From Tubiluchus corallicola (lineage: Eukaryota; Animalia; Priapulida): a stretch of 64,000 nt of DNA. Location of the stretch: NCBI GenBank assembly GCA_030141605.1, contig JAQGDQ010000153.1, positions 423,329-487,328 on the forward strand. Direction: 5' to 3'. This document shows, piece after piece, positions 1 through 13,004 of this stretch. The notes under the pieces were generated by a model. It did no database searches. It was not told the DNA's origin and worked only from the letters and a program-made list of their open reading frames with translations. Made by a program: the position numbers and the translations under genes. Positions within the stretch are counted from its first letter, which is position 1, and every line of letters begins with the position of its first letter.

Positions 1-748
1 AAGCGTGACCACTGTTTGTCAAAAAATTATTTCCGTCTGAGGTTTGACCAATTTTTGGACAGTTAAGTATTGCTTCGATGCAAGAAATACTTTGAGTAGA
101 TATTGTCGACAATGGCACGATACTGCGTTTCAATTACACGCACATGCTTTCAATAGTTTAATAATGAATTTCACAGGCAAAGTTAAATAGGCACAGACTA
201 GAAAGTTACTATAGAACGTTACTAGAATGTTACTACTGAACGAAAGAGACGGAGAAAGCGGAAGAGTCGAGAGAAAGAGAGAGAAGAAGATAGAAGGAAG
301 CAGAGACATAAATAAAAAAATAGAGAGAAAGAGTACACCCGATGCAACTCGACCTGCTAACCAGTTCACTCGGCTTACCAGAGTCACCCGAACGACACGT
401 AGAATGAACCATTATTACAAAAATCCAGAACACGTTTAATGTTTTGAACAATAATAAGTTCTTTTAGTATTCCACAGGAAAATCCGACCCAAGATTGGGT
501 ACACCCAGTATTGGTATTTCGGTAAACCAGTCGAGTGTCAGGTTACCCGCACATATTTTCAGTTGATTCAGAGCGTTGGTTTCTGTTGTATTCTAGTGGA
601 CTCTTTTAGGCTGAAAATTGCTGAGCACTAAAATAAGTGTTAACCGCAAAGTATGCCCAAAAATCCTTTGATTTTGTAGAACAATGTGTAATTATGCACA
701 GATATACTGATTTTACTGAATTTTATTGTATGTGCATTTTTATCGTAG

Positions 749-980
749 TATAAACGCCATCAGATTGCCACCTCAGCCAGGACCCTCTAACCGCTACTGT
801 GGTCAGTGCCTGCCTCCTTCGGAAATATACAGTGCCGTCGAGCGTCCTCAACGAGATGATGACGACAGGCTGAGAAGTTCCGTCGCCTCACAGAGGGCAC
901 CAACGCCACCAATCACGGTCGTCGAAGGTTTAGCAGAAATGACCGGAGAAGCGACGAGCGACGAGGGAGAAATGGAGTAA
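749..980 (+). CDS. Candidate terminal coding exon of an unidentified upstream gene
   Basis: GC-richer than flanks; follows a pyrimidine-rich acceptor (ttttatcgtag|); open frame ...INAIRLPPQPGPSNRYCGQCLPP...TSDEGEME*. No family recognised. Confidence 0.3.
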
Positions 981-1106
981 TAAATTAAAACAAAGTTATA
1001 TATATAATAAGGTACCATTTGAAAGGAAAATGGTAATAAAAACATGATATTACTACACTGACTTTTAAAATACAATCAGTGTGACTGATAATTAAATCAT
1101 ATGTCA

Positions 1107-3674
1107 TAGTAGGGTCAATATAAAGGAAAAAATAGCCCTACTCCTAAAATGGCAAGAAAACGTTTCTTGATGTTTTCTTGTAGCACTTGGCCCAGAGAAT
1201 AACGTATCCAAATTAGGCCGAAATTTGAGCACTGCAAAAGGCCTAATTATGATGTAAAAAAGATGTCCGTCATTTGATCAAAATGAATGGGCATTTAGTC
1301 TATTATGATTTTGAAAAAATGATCATTTTGATTCAAAAATATGAAACTTTGCACAGTGCTAGAACTCATTAAGGTGATTAATAAATCGAAATTCGTCCAA
1401 TATGACCACAATTTTCAAGATGGTTGACAATATAGGTTCAGCAGCTGTAGGAAATTGACGCTTTTCAATGACTGTAGGAAATTACTGGCAGCTAAACAAC
1501 CTGACAGGATATCCAATGATGATCTGTATAATGCGGTCGAGAAGAATTGTTGGAGTAAACAAATACAAGCAAGACGACTGCAATTGGATTGGGCATAAAC
1601 TAAGATTACCTCAAGAGTCTCCTCTTCCTGTAGCAATATGTAAAGCTCTTGAAACGACAAAAAAGTCAGCTAATGACGTATATAAATATACTGCCAAAAA
1701 TATTTAGCAAATACAATTCTAGATTTGAAGGATGATGCGTCGTTAGCGATGGCAGCGGACAGGAATACATGTCATCAACAGCAGGGACGTGCCATGTTTT
1801 TTTGGAACGTAGCAGCACCGAAACGACCGAAACAACATAGATGTTACAATCTTATAATACTATATCTTAGCTATCTGAGCATGCAGGGTAATGATTTTGG
1901 TGTCTAAATATAGGTTTTCAAGGTCAAGGAATTCGTATATGATGTTTAAATGGCCTTATAATATCACCTTATTTCAAGATGGCGGCTAAGATGGTTGCAA
2001 ATGTTGCATAAAATGACAGAATTGCTCATTTTACCTTAAAAATACGAAACTTTGCACAATGCTAAAATTGATCAAATATGGTCAAAACATGGCCATATTC
2101 AAGATGGTGTCGACAAGATGGCTGTTGCCGGCTTATAAGTATCTTTTAGGAATTGTGAACAAAGTCTACCTGTTTTGTCAACAAACGTGCACTGTCACAA
2201 CGTAGCAAGGTTATATTTAAATGCTGGTGTGGTTTCTCGCAAGAATATTACATGTACAGTATTAAAAATGTGTTAGGTACACTGCTACACTCTGCTTAAT
2301 GTGTGGAACAGTCGAATGCCTTAAGTGTATAGCAATTCCTGAAATTTCGAATGCTGTAGGCCATGAAAAGGATCAGTTCTATCAGCTTTTGCTGGTTGTC
2401 AGATCTGTTTTAAAATAAAATGAATAAATAGGTTTTAGTAAATATGTAATTATTATTATAAACAATAATAGATAGGTTTTAATGATAACATTACTTCTAA
2501 ACTCACATTCTAAAACCACTACTTCTAAAATCACATAATATTTACATGGTACAAACAACACTTGTTTGGGCACATTTACATCTGCCACAGCACCATTTCG
2601 CTTACTGGTTACAACATTTAATAAGTTGTTAACAGTCTTTTGATTTTTAGAATGCAAAATGTACTGTGATTTCCTTGTCAGCCCAGTAAAGCTTTTCCAG
2701 CCTGAGCCAAATGGTGATAGTAAAGTTTATGGCAGGGATCGGTGCCTAGTTCCAACAACTCTCCTTGATGCGCAACCTGACAGAAATGATTCATTTCAGT
2801 TCTGCAATCGCAAGTTCAGTTCAGTACGGCATTCGCAATTTCATGAAAAGCTATATGTCTAAGGTATATGCCTGTTCCAGACATTAAGCAGAGTGTGGCA
2901 ATGTACTTAACGCATTATATAATACTATACATATAATATTCATTCGAGAAATCACACCAGCATTTAAACGTAACCTTGCCACGTTGTGACAGTACGTGAA
3001 CGTTAGTTGACAAAACAAGTAGACTTTGTTCACAATTCCCAAAAGATATGGCACTTATGAGCTGGCAACAGCCATCTTATGGGCCAACTTGAATGTTGTG
3101 GCCATATCGGATAACTTTCAATTGGCTCCATATCCAAAATTCGTCAACCGGATGGATTTTAGCATTGTGCAAAGTTTCGTATTTTTAAGGCAAAATTAGC
3201 AAGTCTCTTAGCCGCCATCATGAAATTTGGTGATATTATGTATTATATGGGCATTATATGATTTCCTTGACCATGAGCACCTTGAAAACCTGTATTTAGA
3301 CACCAAAATCATTACTCTACTAAAATATAGCCCTTATAAGCTTGTAACAGCGATATTGTTAACGATCTTGAAAATTGTGGTCACATTGAACGAATATCGA
3401 TTGTCTCCATAATCAAAATTAATCACCTTAATGAGTTCTAGCACTGCGCAAAGTTTCATGCTTTTGAATCAAAGTGACCATTTTTTCAAAATCCTTGTAG
3501 ACCAAATACCCATTCATTTTGGTCAAATGGCGGCCATCTTTTTTACCTCATAATTAGGCCCTTTGCAGTGCTTAATTTTCGGCCTAATTTGGATACGCTA
3601 TTCTCCGACCAAGTACTACAAGAAAATACCAAAAAATGTTTTCTTGCTATTTTTAGCGGAAAGTCAACCTACTA
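1107..3674 (-). mobile_element. Academ-type DNA transposon derivative with long imperfect inverted arms
   Basis: Termini TAGTAGG...CCTACTA. 1107-1430 is the reverse complement of ~3355-3674 and ~1880-2360 of ~2825-3320. CAAGATGGC-type motifs recur. Minus strand ~2545-2770 gives decayed CWN*APIPA..SPFGSGWK and SKDC*QLIKCC..CCGRCKCAQTSVVCT, resembling the Cys-rich C-terminus of Academ transposases. No clean TSD seen. Confidence 0.7.
1432..1780 (+). mobile_element. RTE-like LINE 3' fragment inserted in the left arm of the Academ element
   Basis: Decayed frame EIDAF..CRKLL...DRISNDDLY...KQIQARRL.(W)IGHKLRLPQESP matches the RTE-clade RT C-terminal RRLxWxGHxxR motif; absent from the right arm; related copy at ~54960-55330 on the minus strand. 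Confidence 0.6.
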
Positions 3675-5649
3675 TGATGCTATGCTAGTTATAAACAAAA
3701 GACATCATCAGTAGATTAGATTTGAATTGTTAATAATAACTGTAACTTACGAGAGGTAATTAGTGATTATTGATATCGTCGTTTAAATGTATATTGATTC
3801 TTAAGCGAAATAATCAAGTCAGTTACATTTTAGGCGATTTACATGGAAAGCCAATTTACTATACATACTAAACATAGAGTATTTTGGTAGCAGTAAAAAC
3901 AAGTTTCAAAAGACGTTCTGCAGGCCATAAAATAACAAAAAGGGAATAAAAAGAAACTTATTGTTGTACTTTACTTAACTTTCGCTTGGTTTTCAATGTG
4001 CACAGTTGCGCATATAAACTCGGCGAAATAAGAAATATTTCGCTGTTTTGTTTTAATATAATGCAAGTTAAAAGTGCAGCACAAAATTTTATGTCTTTGA
4101 TGCATACGCTGCTTGATGCTTTGCTTTTGAAAAATTTTGCTTTCATTTTGGGCTTTTGTAAAGAGAAAATGCTTTTGACTGGAAAATAATTAAAAACGGT
4201 GTCACACGATAATCTAATAAACTGGTGTAAGGTGAACCAGAGACTTGTCTTTGTTGTAAAACTACAATAATAACAATCTGTTTTCGAATTAAATAATAAT
4301 CAGACGGTGATTTGAGCTTGGTAATTATTAAAGTCATAAATTAATGAGAAATTGTTCTGATGCAGAAATGATTGTTTTGTGTCTTTTTAGCTGTGACTTT
4401 GATTGAAACCAGCACATTTACAACCATCTTAGTGTATTTGTATAATAATTAGTCTAACCGGTCCTACTTTTTTAGACAAAATTTGATTGATACTTATTTG
4501 GGCCATTTCTTGAGTGCGTGACTATTGCGCTAAACGATTGTTTTTTTTCTCTGACCTAAACTCTAACAATGTAATTAAAAATTTTGAATTTTATTCTGGA
4601 GTTGGATGTTCGGATGTTTTTGTGGTCTGGTTTTGAATTAAATCTACAGATTTTTCGTGATAAAAACACAATTCACGACAACACCAGTTTTCTCTGTTGG
4701 TACCAAAAATTTGAAGTTGCAGTAAAATGACTAAATGGGAAAATTTTCTGAAGACACACGTGGCAAAACCATTCATCGGTTTCTGCGGTCAAAGCTTCGT
4801 ATCATTTACAGTTAAATAAGTGCATTTCAGATGAAGCCACAACACAACACAATCCACGCTGTTTATACCTCATGGTTTTATTACACACAGGACAAATGCG
4901 GTTAGTTTGAAATGTGGTCATCGCATAAGAGCAGCAAAAGATAAATCAAGAGGAAAAGAATCAAGCAAAGGAAAAAATAAAAACAGTAAAAAGAAAAATA
5001 GAGTAGTTGTAATGTGTTTATACGAGCACGGCAACAAGACGTCACGCCATTTGTCACCCATTGGCTGGTGGCCATTTGTCTTTCAGTGTGAATTCTAGTG
5101 TGTATCTAGTGTATTTTTAACATGCAAAAACTGTTCTGCCAAAACTTAAAAACCGCTGAAGCTATAAGCGTGTAACTTTCCCAACCAAAAGTGAATGTAT
5201 TGTAATATCGCACTGTAGAAATTCAACTTATGAACTTGCTGCTAATATTATTGTAGTCTAAACTTCGGACAATAATTCCTCTGACGATCCCGTCTCTAAC
5301 GATAGAACAAAATCATCATCATAATAATGTAACAACATCAAAAAAGCACCTCACAATTACTTTAATTATAAACAACAGTTAATATTAGCCGTCATTAGCA
5401 CAAAGTCAAAATGCAAGATTCTACTAAGCATAAATGCATAATCCCTACAAAAAATAAAAAAAAATAACGATATACTACCACGCTCCACCCATGCAGCATG
5501 CAATCATACAAACAACGTAATCAGACAACTGTGTTATATAATAATCATCACATGCACTGACACTCACACTTACATATAATCTCTTAACAACAAAATCAAT
5601 CACCTACAAAAAACATATAAAATTACAGCTTACAAGATAATAAGCATGC

Positions 5650-5869
5650 ACGCACTAATTGGTAATCACCTAATTAGCAACAATTAATAGGTTTTACTCC
5701 CAAGCTTAACTCAATTGCTGCTTTGCACCTTTACATTCTCTTTTCTACTCTAGATTACTGAAACTTATTACCTCCAACACACACATATATGCATATGTAT
5801 ATATATGCATATATGTGTGTGTATAAGTATGTGTACGTATGTGTGTATGTAAGTATACACACACACGCA

Positions 5870-5924
<55 letters not shown>

Positions 5925-8330
5925 ACACATACTTATACACACACAGATATATATAAATTGATTAAGAAAAATAGTTTGACTATTTTCGTCTTTGAGATAT
6001 GAATAGAAAGGTTGAACAGCAGGTGGAAAATTTTTGCACATATTGTTCCCAACAGATTGAAAGAAAGTATTAAGAGCATTGGCTGTGCTAACATGGTTAG
6101 TTTCTGTCTGTCCGTGTTATTAGAGGAGCGATTCTAGTTGTAAGTAAATCATGCAGCTCGGCTAAAAAGTTTGCTTGTTAAAATTATTGGTGTCCCTTTT
6201 GAGTTTTTTAGAATTATTTTTTTGGATGTTGGCAGACTTAGAGATCATAAAAATAGGAAAGTGATCTGCCACTTCTGCTATTATCACTCCTGATATTAGT
6301 GTGCGTTGCGGGCAATTAGTGTATATGTGATCGATGAGTGTTTGCGAATGGTAATGATTGGGGTAAGTCTAGAAGAGATAATCATATTTAAGTAGTCAGA
6401 AATACAATGTTTTTCATAATGTTGCAGAAAATTTATATTTATGTCTCCGCAGATGTAAGCAGAATGTCCAGTAGCGTTTAGTTTTGTAAGAATGAGTTCC
6501 ATTTCTTCATGAAAATGCGTAGCAGTGACTTGGATGTCTATGTATCGTTGTTTTGATGTCTACCTAGAGATCTTCGCATTGAATTGTACTGGTTATGTTT
6601 GGCAAGGCGTCCCTATTAACTTTTTTTTACAATTTATAGAAAAATCTTGAATAACCGTAATCTAAATTTTTTCTAATATCCATTGCAACACCACCTGCTT
6701 TTGTTGGGGAGAATTTTTGGATATCAAGTTGTAATCTTGAATATTGCATAAAAAGGGAGTTTGATCATTATGCCGTGTTTCTGACACGGCTATTGCATCA
6801 GGAGGGTACACAAAGTGATTAATCACTTCTTGCATGTTGTCAAAGTTTTTAGTTAAACTATTTAAATTAAAGTGAACTAAGAAAAAATCATTGGAATTTG
6901 TGACCAGTTTCTTTCATTAGGTATAGAAAAAAGCTTTTAGTACTTACTGGTACAGTGTGCTATGTAGTTGTCAGGATCTTAAAGGTCGTGTTTGTCAGGC
7001 AGAAACAGTGAATTTATATTAGTTAAGGGAGTGCAATCATGCGTGCAGAAAATTCCAAAATCTCTCTGTTCTCGCATTGCTGAAAAGGGAAAACATTATT
7101 TAAGCATGGAGTACAGTAGTATGGAGTATCACCATTGGCTAAGATGTAAAATTGTTGTAATGTAAATGTGGTGCACTTCAAATGGCACCAATTAAAACAA
7201 AGCTCACACAAAATACTATTTTGTCTTTCTTTATAATTGTGTGTACAAACTGAACAAGGAAACATTGCCATAATCAATAAAAAGAGTTAACAATACAAAT
7301 TTAGTTTTAGAAACCTGTTAAGTCCTCTTATTTCTGTATCTCAGTAATTCGACTATTGTCGTTTGCTCTTAGAAAAACCTTGCCATTCTAGGTCCAACAG
7401 TATTTCATTCCATGCTCTTTTGCGTATTCTCGACATCTTAGGTGAAGTTTTCTTCTTCTCACAGTCAACGATTCATTTATAAAAATCTGGTGTTCACTGT
7501 AAGATGTATAGTCCAGTTCGGTTTCTAGCATTATAGAGTTCATCCCTTTTATCCCTACGAGTGAACTAGACAATAATGCCTGGTGGTTGCTTATTTTTCC
7601 TCGATACGGCTAATCTGTGTGATGTACTTATATCATGAGGACGTAGATGAACTCTTGCATGTTTTGCCACACTCAGAACGATGTCATTTGTGTTCTCTCC
7701 ATTATTTACAGGAATGCCGGCAATTTCTAAGTTGCCCCTTCGTTCACATTGTTCTTGTTTGTCAAGTAGGTCCTCTGTATACTCTTATTTTCGTCTTCAA
7801 TGTGCCAATTGTTTTATTTTCGTCTTTCAAGTTATTCACTTCTCTCTGTTCATTTTCTAATTGTGTTTTAAACTGATCAAACTGATCAGAAATGAACTGC
7901 TGAGATTTTGCCAAGTGACTCACTTCTGTAACTAAGTCATCTATTTTGGTTACCTTGCCACTGATAAATATCAATTGACTTTGTAAACCACGAACTACTT
8001 TTAGAATTTCCTCTGTGGACAGTCCATTGTAAGTTGGTGGTACATATGTGGTAGACACTGTAGCCTGTAGGGAAAACATGTGCTGATACAGCAGGGTTTG
8101 CGATTACGATCCATGTAGGCAACTGGCGCTAGCCCATGAGTGGAGGTAAGACGTTCTCCATAGTGTTAAAAACTCGCTGAGGAGTTGCTTGATGTGTTAC
8201 TGCTTCGCAGGTTGGTATGTGTACTTGCTTTTCAGTATAAATTTCAGAGTTACTTGGACTTGTCAGCAAAGGATCTGGGCTAGTGAAGGCAATCGTGCTA
8301 GCAGCCATGTTGTTAGCATAGTTCACAGAT
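5650..8330 (-). mobile_element. Degenerate CR1/L2-group LINE: ORF1, ORF2 PHD finger and APE endonuclease; RT largely deleted
   Basis: ORF1 remnants: coiled coil (7762-8079), NLEIAGIP, IFINESLTVRRRKL...MKYCWT (7388-7573). ORF2 begins with a PHD finger CSVC...CELCFNWCHLKC...YYCTPC (7023-7277). Endonuclease motifs AIAVSETR, ICGDININFL, IDHIYTN, ADHFPIF (~6250-6890). Many stops and frameshifts. Confidence 0.85.
5777..5955. repeat. Compound (CA)n/(CACG)n/(TA)n microsatellite inside the LINE
   Basis: Directly visible tandem dinucleotide and tetranucleotide runs. Confidence 0.9.
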
Positions 8331-9510
8331 GTACCTGAACAATAGTCAGATGGAATTTACGATTGTGGAACAGCACTGACGCTTGTAGTGCCAATATATT
8401 AATACGTGTATGTTGCATACTGTAACATTATGAACATAATATGCCCATATTAGGCATTAAGTAATCATCGTTACCTGAATAAAACAATTAAATCCACATC
8501 ATTACTGCAACGAATCAGTCTAATTTAGCTGACAAATAACATAGTAACATATGAGCATTGTAACACTTCTCACGTGACATGCTGCATACAAGGCGAGGTC
8601 TCCTCCAGCACTTGGGTAGGACCGGTCCTTCCTCACGCACGTTGTGGTAATGCAGCAGAATTCGGTTTACACAGCTTTCCCTCCAACAGGCCGGACACGT
8701 AGTAGAGTCTCTGGAGATCGGATAATGAGAAGATCATCTCCTCAGAGTACCCACGCAGAACGGAAGCGATTTAGATCGTCGAACGTGAAGTCAAAGGTGA
8801 CAATATCTTTATCCAACGAGAAGGTGATTAGGCTATCTAATGAATGCCTAATTTAACAAATGTCTCTCAGCGATTGTGTAACTGACGAGGTTTCACCAGC
8901 AGAAGAAGAACAGCGTTCACCAATGAATAGGAAGAACATAGTAATGAACAAACCATCCATTTCTTGTTCAATCATCGTAAAAGAAACCATGATATAGTTA
9001 TATCTGAGCATTTTTCAACACGGCCATTCTACTCTCTCTGCCACGTAGGCCAATACGTCTAATCCAGGCCTCGAAAGCTAGCCGACCAATCAGAAACGAG
9101 TTCTGGGTGAAGTGACCTCAGTAGTACAGCGACGAAGCTTTCACACTTGTTCAAACACGGGGATAATATTATCATGGAAAAGAAATGTTGCTAAACGTAC
9201 TTTCGCTTAAAAAATACAAGTCATGTTGAAACGAAACGAATTTCATCTTCTTATGCCTAATTACATATTTAAAGTAGCTTAACAGAAAAATGGCTTCATT
9301 TAATGGTAACTTCATCGAAAATAATGCTACTCTTGACTAAAGAAGGCAGCACAAGATTGGAACATAAAAATCAATACATCAATATTATCAATCATTAAGT
9401 AAACAATTCGTGATACCGTTGAGATTAATACTTAAAGTGAAAAATAATTAGTTGCAGTAATCTGCTGGATGGGGGACCATCACACAAACCATGACTACTG
9501 ACAGCGGTGT

Positions 9511-10030
9511 CCGCCATTTCGGAAGTACGTGTTGATAATCAACTTGACTGCCTTTGAAAGACTGGAATTTGAGTTATTTTGCTTATACTTTCCCCTACGA
9601 AGTTCAATAAACCCTTTACGTGAAAGTGTGTCGTATCCACTGTCTCATAAAACGTATTTAGAAACAACTAAATATCAATATTTTAAATCTTAGGCAGCTA
9701 TTCGAAAAACGTGTAACATCGCCACTGCCGTGGCGCCATTTATAGTTCATTACATTTTGAGGCTCATAAATATGCCTTGTTTAAACTTAAATATTTTAGC
9801 CTATCGGGCTTTCTTTTCCAATTTTCTATGAGGTTCTTTCAAATATCGCTTATTAAAATTTAATTATAAAATTAAAAATGGTCTTGTACAGTCGAAATGA
9901 AATGATAATGCTACTTGATTGCACAATACAACTATTATACAACAATACAACCATTTTAACTATCATTAGTTTCTCCTGGACGAAACTTCGAAACTCCAAA
10001 GCTGCTTTCGCCAAACATGAATATGGCGGT
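9511..10030. promoter_or_regulatory. Candidate housekeeping (possibly bidirectional) promoter upstream of WDR61
   Basis: CCGCCATTT (YY1-like, minus) abutting CGGAAGT (ETS) at 9511-9526; ATGGCGG (YY1-like, plus) at 10023-10029; locally CpG-richer. Confidence 0.35.
10017..10028 (+). CDS. WDR61: Probable WDR61 first coding micro-exon (MNMA)
   Basis: caaacATG context; phase-0 donor G|GTCTGC; adding 4 residues gives 305 aa, the length recalled for vertebrate WDR61. Alternative: ATG|gtaagt at 10355-10357. Confidence 0.45.
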
Positions 10031-10914
10031 CTGCAGCGTGTCGAGTGTCCAGTCCCCTTACATTTACAGCACCTTGGTCCTTCTTCTAACTCTATGGTTC
10101 AAACTTTTATTTTCGATTAGTTGAGTCTGTTGATCAGCCGGTCGTAACAGATGTACGATCGTTGCTAGATAGAGTAGACATCTGGAGTCGTGTAGAGAAA
10201 AGGCATCGGATGTTTATTATTATTTTTTATTTTGAAAAACGGTATAAGTATGCTTTGAAGTTAATGAAGCTGTGTGTAAAAACGTAAGTGATACCGGTTC
10301 CACTTGGCATTTGTTCTACCACAGTTACGGTGACTGTGCATACTAGCATAAATCATGGTAAGTTATCCTCCCAGTACTCAGTAGACGTTATTGCACGCTA
10401 AAGGAACATTAGGGGTGGCTGACTCGATAACTTACGTTCATTCGCCACCCCTTCACCTATACATTATAATGGAAATTAATATTATTATATTATGTTTTGT
10501 TTCAATTGTTTGACAGTAATGTACTAATAGTAGCCCCCTAATATTTTTTTACTGACAGGTGAAAAATAAACGTATTTTAATTTTCTAATCTAAAGGAAAA
10601 CGGCGAATTTTTAGACCATACCTTTGACATAGTAAATAAATAAGCTCACTATTTATAATTAAGATAAGTAACAAAAAAGTTATAATTTTATACAACTTTC
10701 AATGGCATTAGAAAAGTCCACAAGTAGTTACTGAATTTAGTAGTGAGTGCACAGATAGTTATTGAATTGGCGGTGAAAAGGTGGCAAAAGAACTCAGTTA
10801 TGAAAGCCAGCCATTAGGGACCGAATTTATGTACAGTTTTTTGCCAAACCAAATTTGAACCGAATTTCACAAAATTTTATTTAACCGAAACCTATTAGCT
10901 TCCAAAGTACTTCA

Positions 10915-12782
10915 TGACTTTTTTTCTTAATTTACATCAATGATTTGGCACACTGTTCTGATTTCCCCGTCCGGTTATTTGCAGATGATACGAACCTATT
11001 CTTACATGGTACTAATCTTAGCCAGCTTCATCTCAAGACTAACAATGAACTAGACAAGATAGATACATGGATGAGGGCTAATAAGTTAACAATAAACTAT
11101 GAAAAAACAAAATATATGCTTATTTCTAGCCAAGCCTTTGATGCATGTAATACTTTTAAACTGTTTATGGGGGATCATGAATTAATTGCAGCCGATAATA
11201 TAAAATACTTAGGTTTGTACATTGATAATACATTGTCATGGAAAACTCAAATTAAATCAGTCACGTATAAACTTAATAAGCTCATTGGTCTTTTTGCTAA
11301 AGTGCACAATTTCTTAGGCACCTTCATCTTACGAATGCTTTACTACTCACTTGCATATCCTTATCTCCAGTATTGTATCCTGTGCTTTGGTACTGCAAAA
11401 ACATCTGTCCTAAAACCACTCATTACAGCCCAGAATAAGATAGTGAAAATTATTACATTTAGCCCATATCATGCTTATGCTACAACCTCTTTGGTAAAAC
11501 TTAAACTGTTAAAACTTAATGAAATTTGCCAGTTAGAGCTGGCTAAATTCATGTATCAGTTTGTAAATAAGAACTTACCTGAACTATTCTCTAACTATTT
11601 TACTACCATATCTGAAATCCATAACTACGAACCTAGATCTGCCACTCATGGTCTATATTTTATGCCCAGATTCTGTACCACTCATAGATTAAGTACTATC
11701 AAATATCAAGCTGTTAAATTCTGGAATTGTTTGAACAGTAATAGTAAAGATTCTAACAGTATCTATATTTTGATCTCTAAACAATTGCTATTATCTTACG
11801 CTGATTAATGTTAAGCTCTTACTCGACTATATTCTATTTTCTTTACCTAACTTAATAATCCTAACTACATTAATATTCATAAAACTGAAAATACTACAGC
11901 ATGGCATGAATCTGCGGCTCAGAAAATGTACTCTAATACTCAATTAAATTTTTTTTCTCAATTATTGAATAATGAGCTACTGATTCGTACTTTGAATGCT
12001 GTTACTTTACAAATTAGTTAATCCACAGGCCATTACAGATGTTATCCTAAATATCAGGAAATACTCTGTCTTTCTTCTCTTCTTTACAACAGAGTAATTA
12101 TTAAAGTCATACCGCAATACTATTTTATGGGTAAAGTTTCAGGTGTTGTTCACAGATTGCACAAGTCATACCTCTCTCTTGTAAAATTACTAAAAAACCT
12201 GTATAGCTAAATGTTTTTCTCATCAGTATATTGAGAATTATATTATTTAGTATTATTGTCCAAGTCAGTAGATTTGTTCTTAACCAATAAGCCTAGAAAT
12301 AATGAAGTTGAACTCAAATCAAAATGTATTTAACTCCTGTTGTTGATTAATTGCTTTATTAACCCAAAGAGTTTTTACCATTTCATTACACAATTTTGAC
12401 CTGTATTTCACATAAAATCTAGATGCTTTTTTTAGTTTAATCAAGATTGACCTTATTTTGTTGCCCGCTAATTAAAGTACATGTATTTTCTTTACTCTGG
12501 ATTACTTAATTATATAGCAAATGTCATAATTGTAAAATTATTAATGTTTCCTAAATTAAACTGATAACATTAATGCCCACCAGTGTCTAAAAATCATTTT
12601 ATCTATATTCGCTAAACGATAGCAGACTAGGTGACTTTATAGTCTTTTCGCTATTCTTTCTCTAGTTCTAGATCTATCTATGTATTTTAATCATTCTTCA
12701 AAACTTATTAGCGATTCTTTTATTAATCATGTTTTATTGTAGTATTATAAAGAGATAAATAAATTAAAATTGAATTGAATTG
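10915..12782 (+). mobile_element. 5'-truncated L2/CR1-group LINE (RT C-terminus, 3'UTR, tail)
   Basis: ORF 10945-11808 (287 aa) with LFADDTNLF, WMRANKLTINYEKTK, IKYLGLYIDNTLSWK, YYSLAYPYLQYC, AVKFWN; long AT-rich 3'UTR ending AATAAAT..(TTGAA)n. Confidence 0.9.
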
Positions 12783-12880
12783 TATATACTCTACAGTTGT
12801 GAGCAGATAAGAATGAATTTAACTTATTTGCAATTGTTGCAAGATTTACACTTTCTTCTGCTAAATTACCAAGAAAACCC

Positions 12881-13004
12881 ATATATGTGCATCATAGAAA
12901 TCAACGACTTCACGGCATTCAGACGCATTACCCCAAATATATGTATATATGGGGTAATGTGCCTGAATGCAGTGAAGTCGTTCATTTCTATGATGCACAT
13001 ATAT
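12881..13004. repeat. Near-perfect ~55-bp-stem hairpin (palindromic MITE-like)
   Basis: ATATATGTGCATCATAGAAATCAACGACTTCACGGCATTCAGACGCATTACCCCA, short AT loop, then the reverse complement with ~4 differences. Confidence 0.85.

Noticed and set aside
7023-7277. Host PHD-finger gene
   Set aside because: Sits between LINE ORF1 and the endonuclease, the usual ORF2 position in CR1/L2-group elements.
8580-8960. GC-richer stretch with a 70-aa ORF
   Set aside because: No recognisable protein or splice structure; may be LINE 5' sequence or another decayed repeat.
10945-11808. Host gene or domesticated RT (longest ORF in the window)
   Set aside because: It is the C-terminal part of a LINE RT, 5'-truncated and followed by the family 3' tail found again at 53671.
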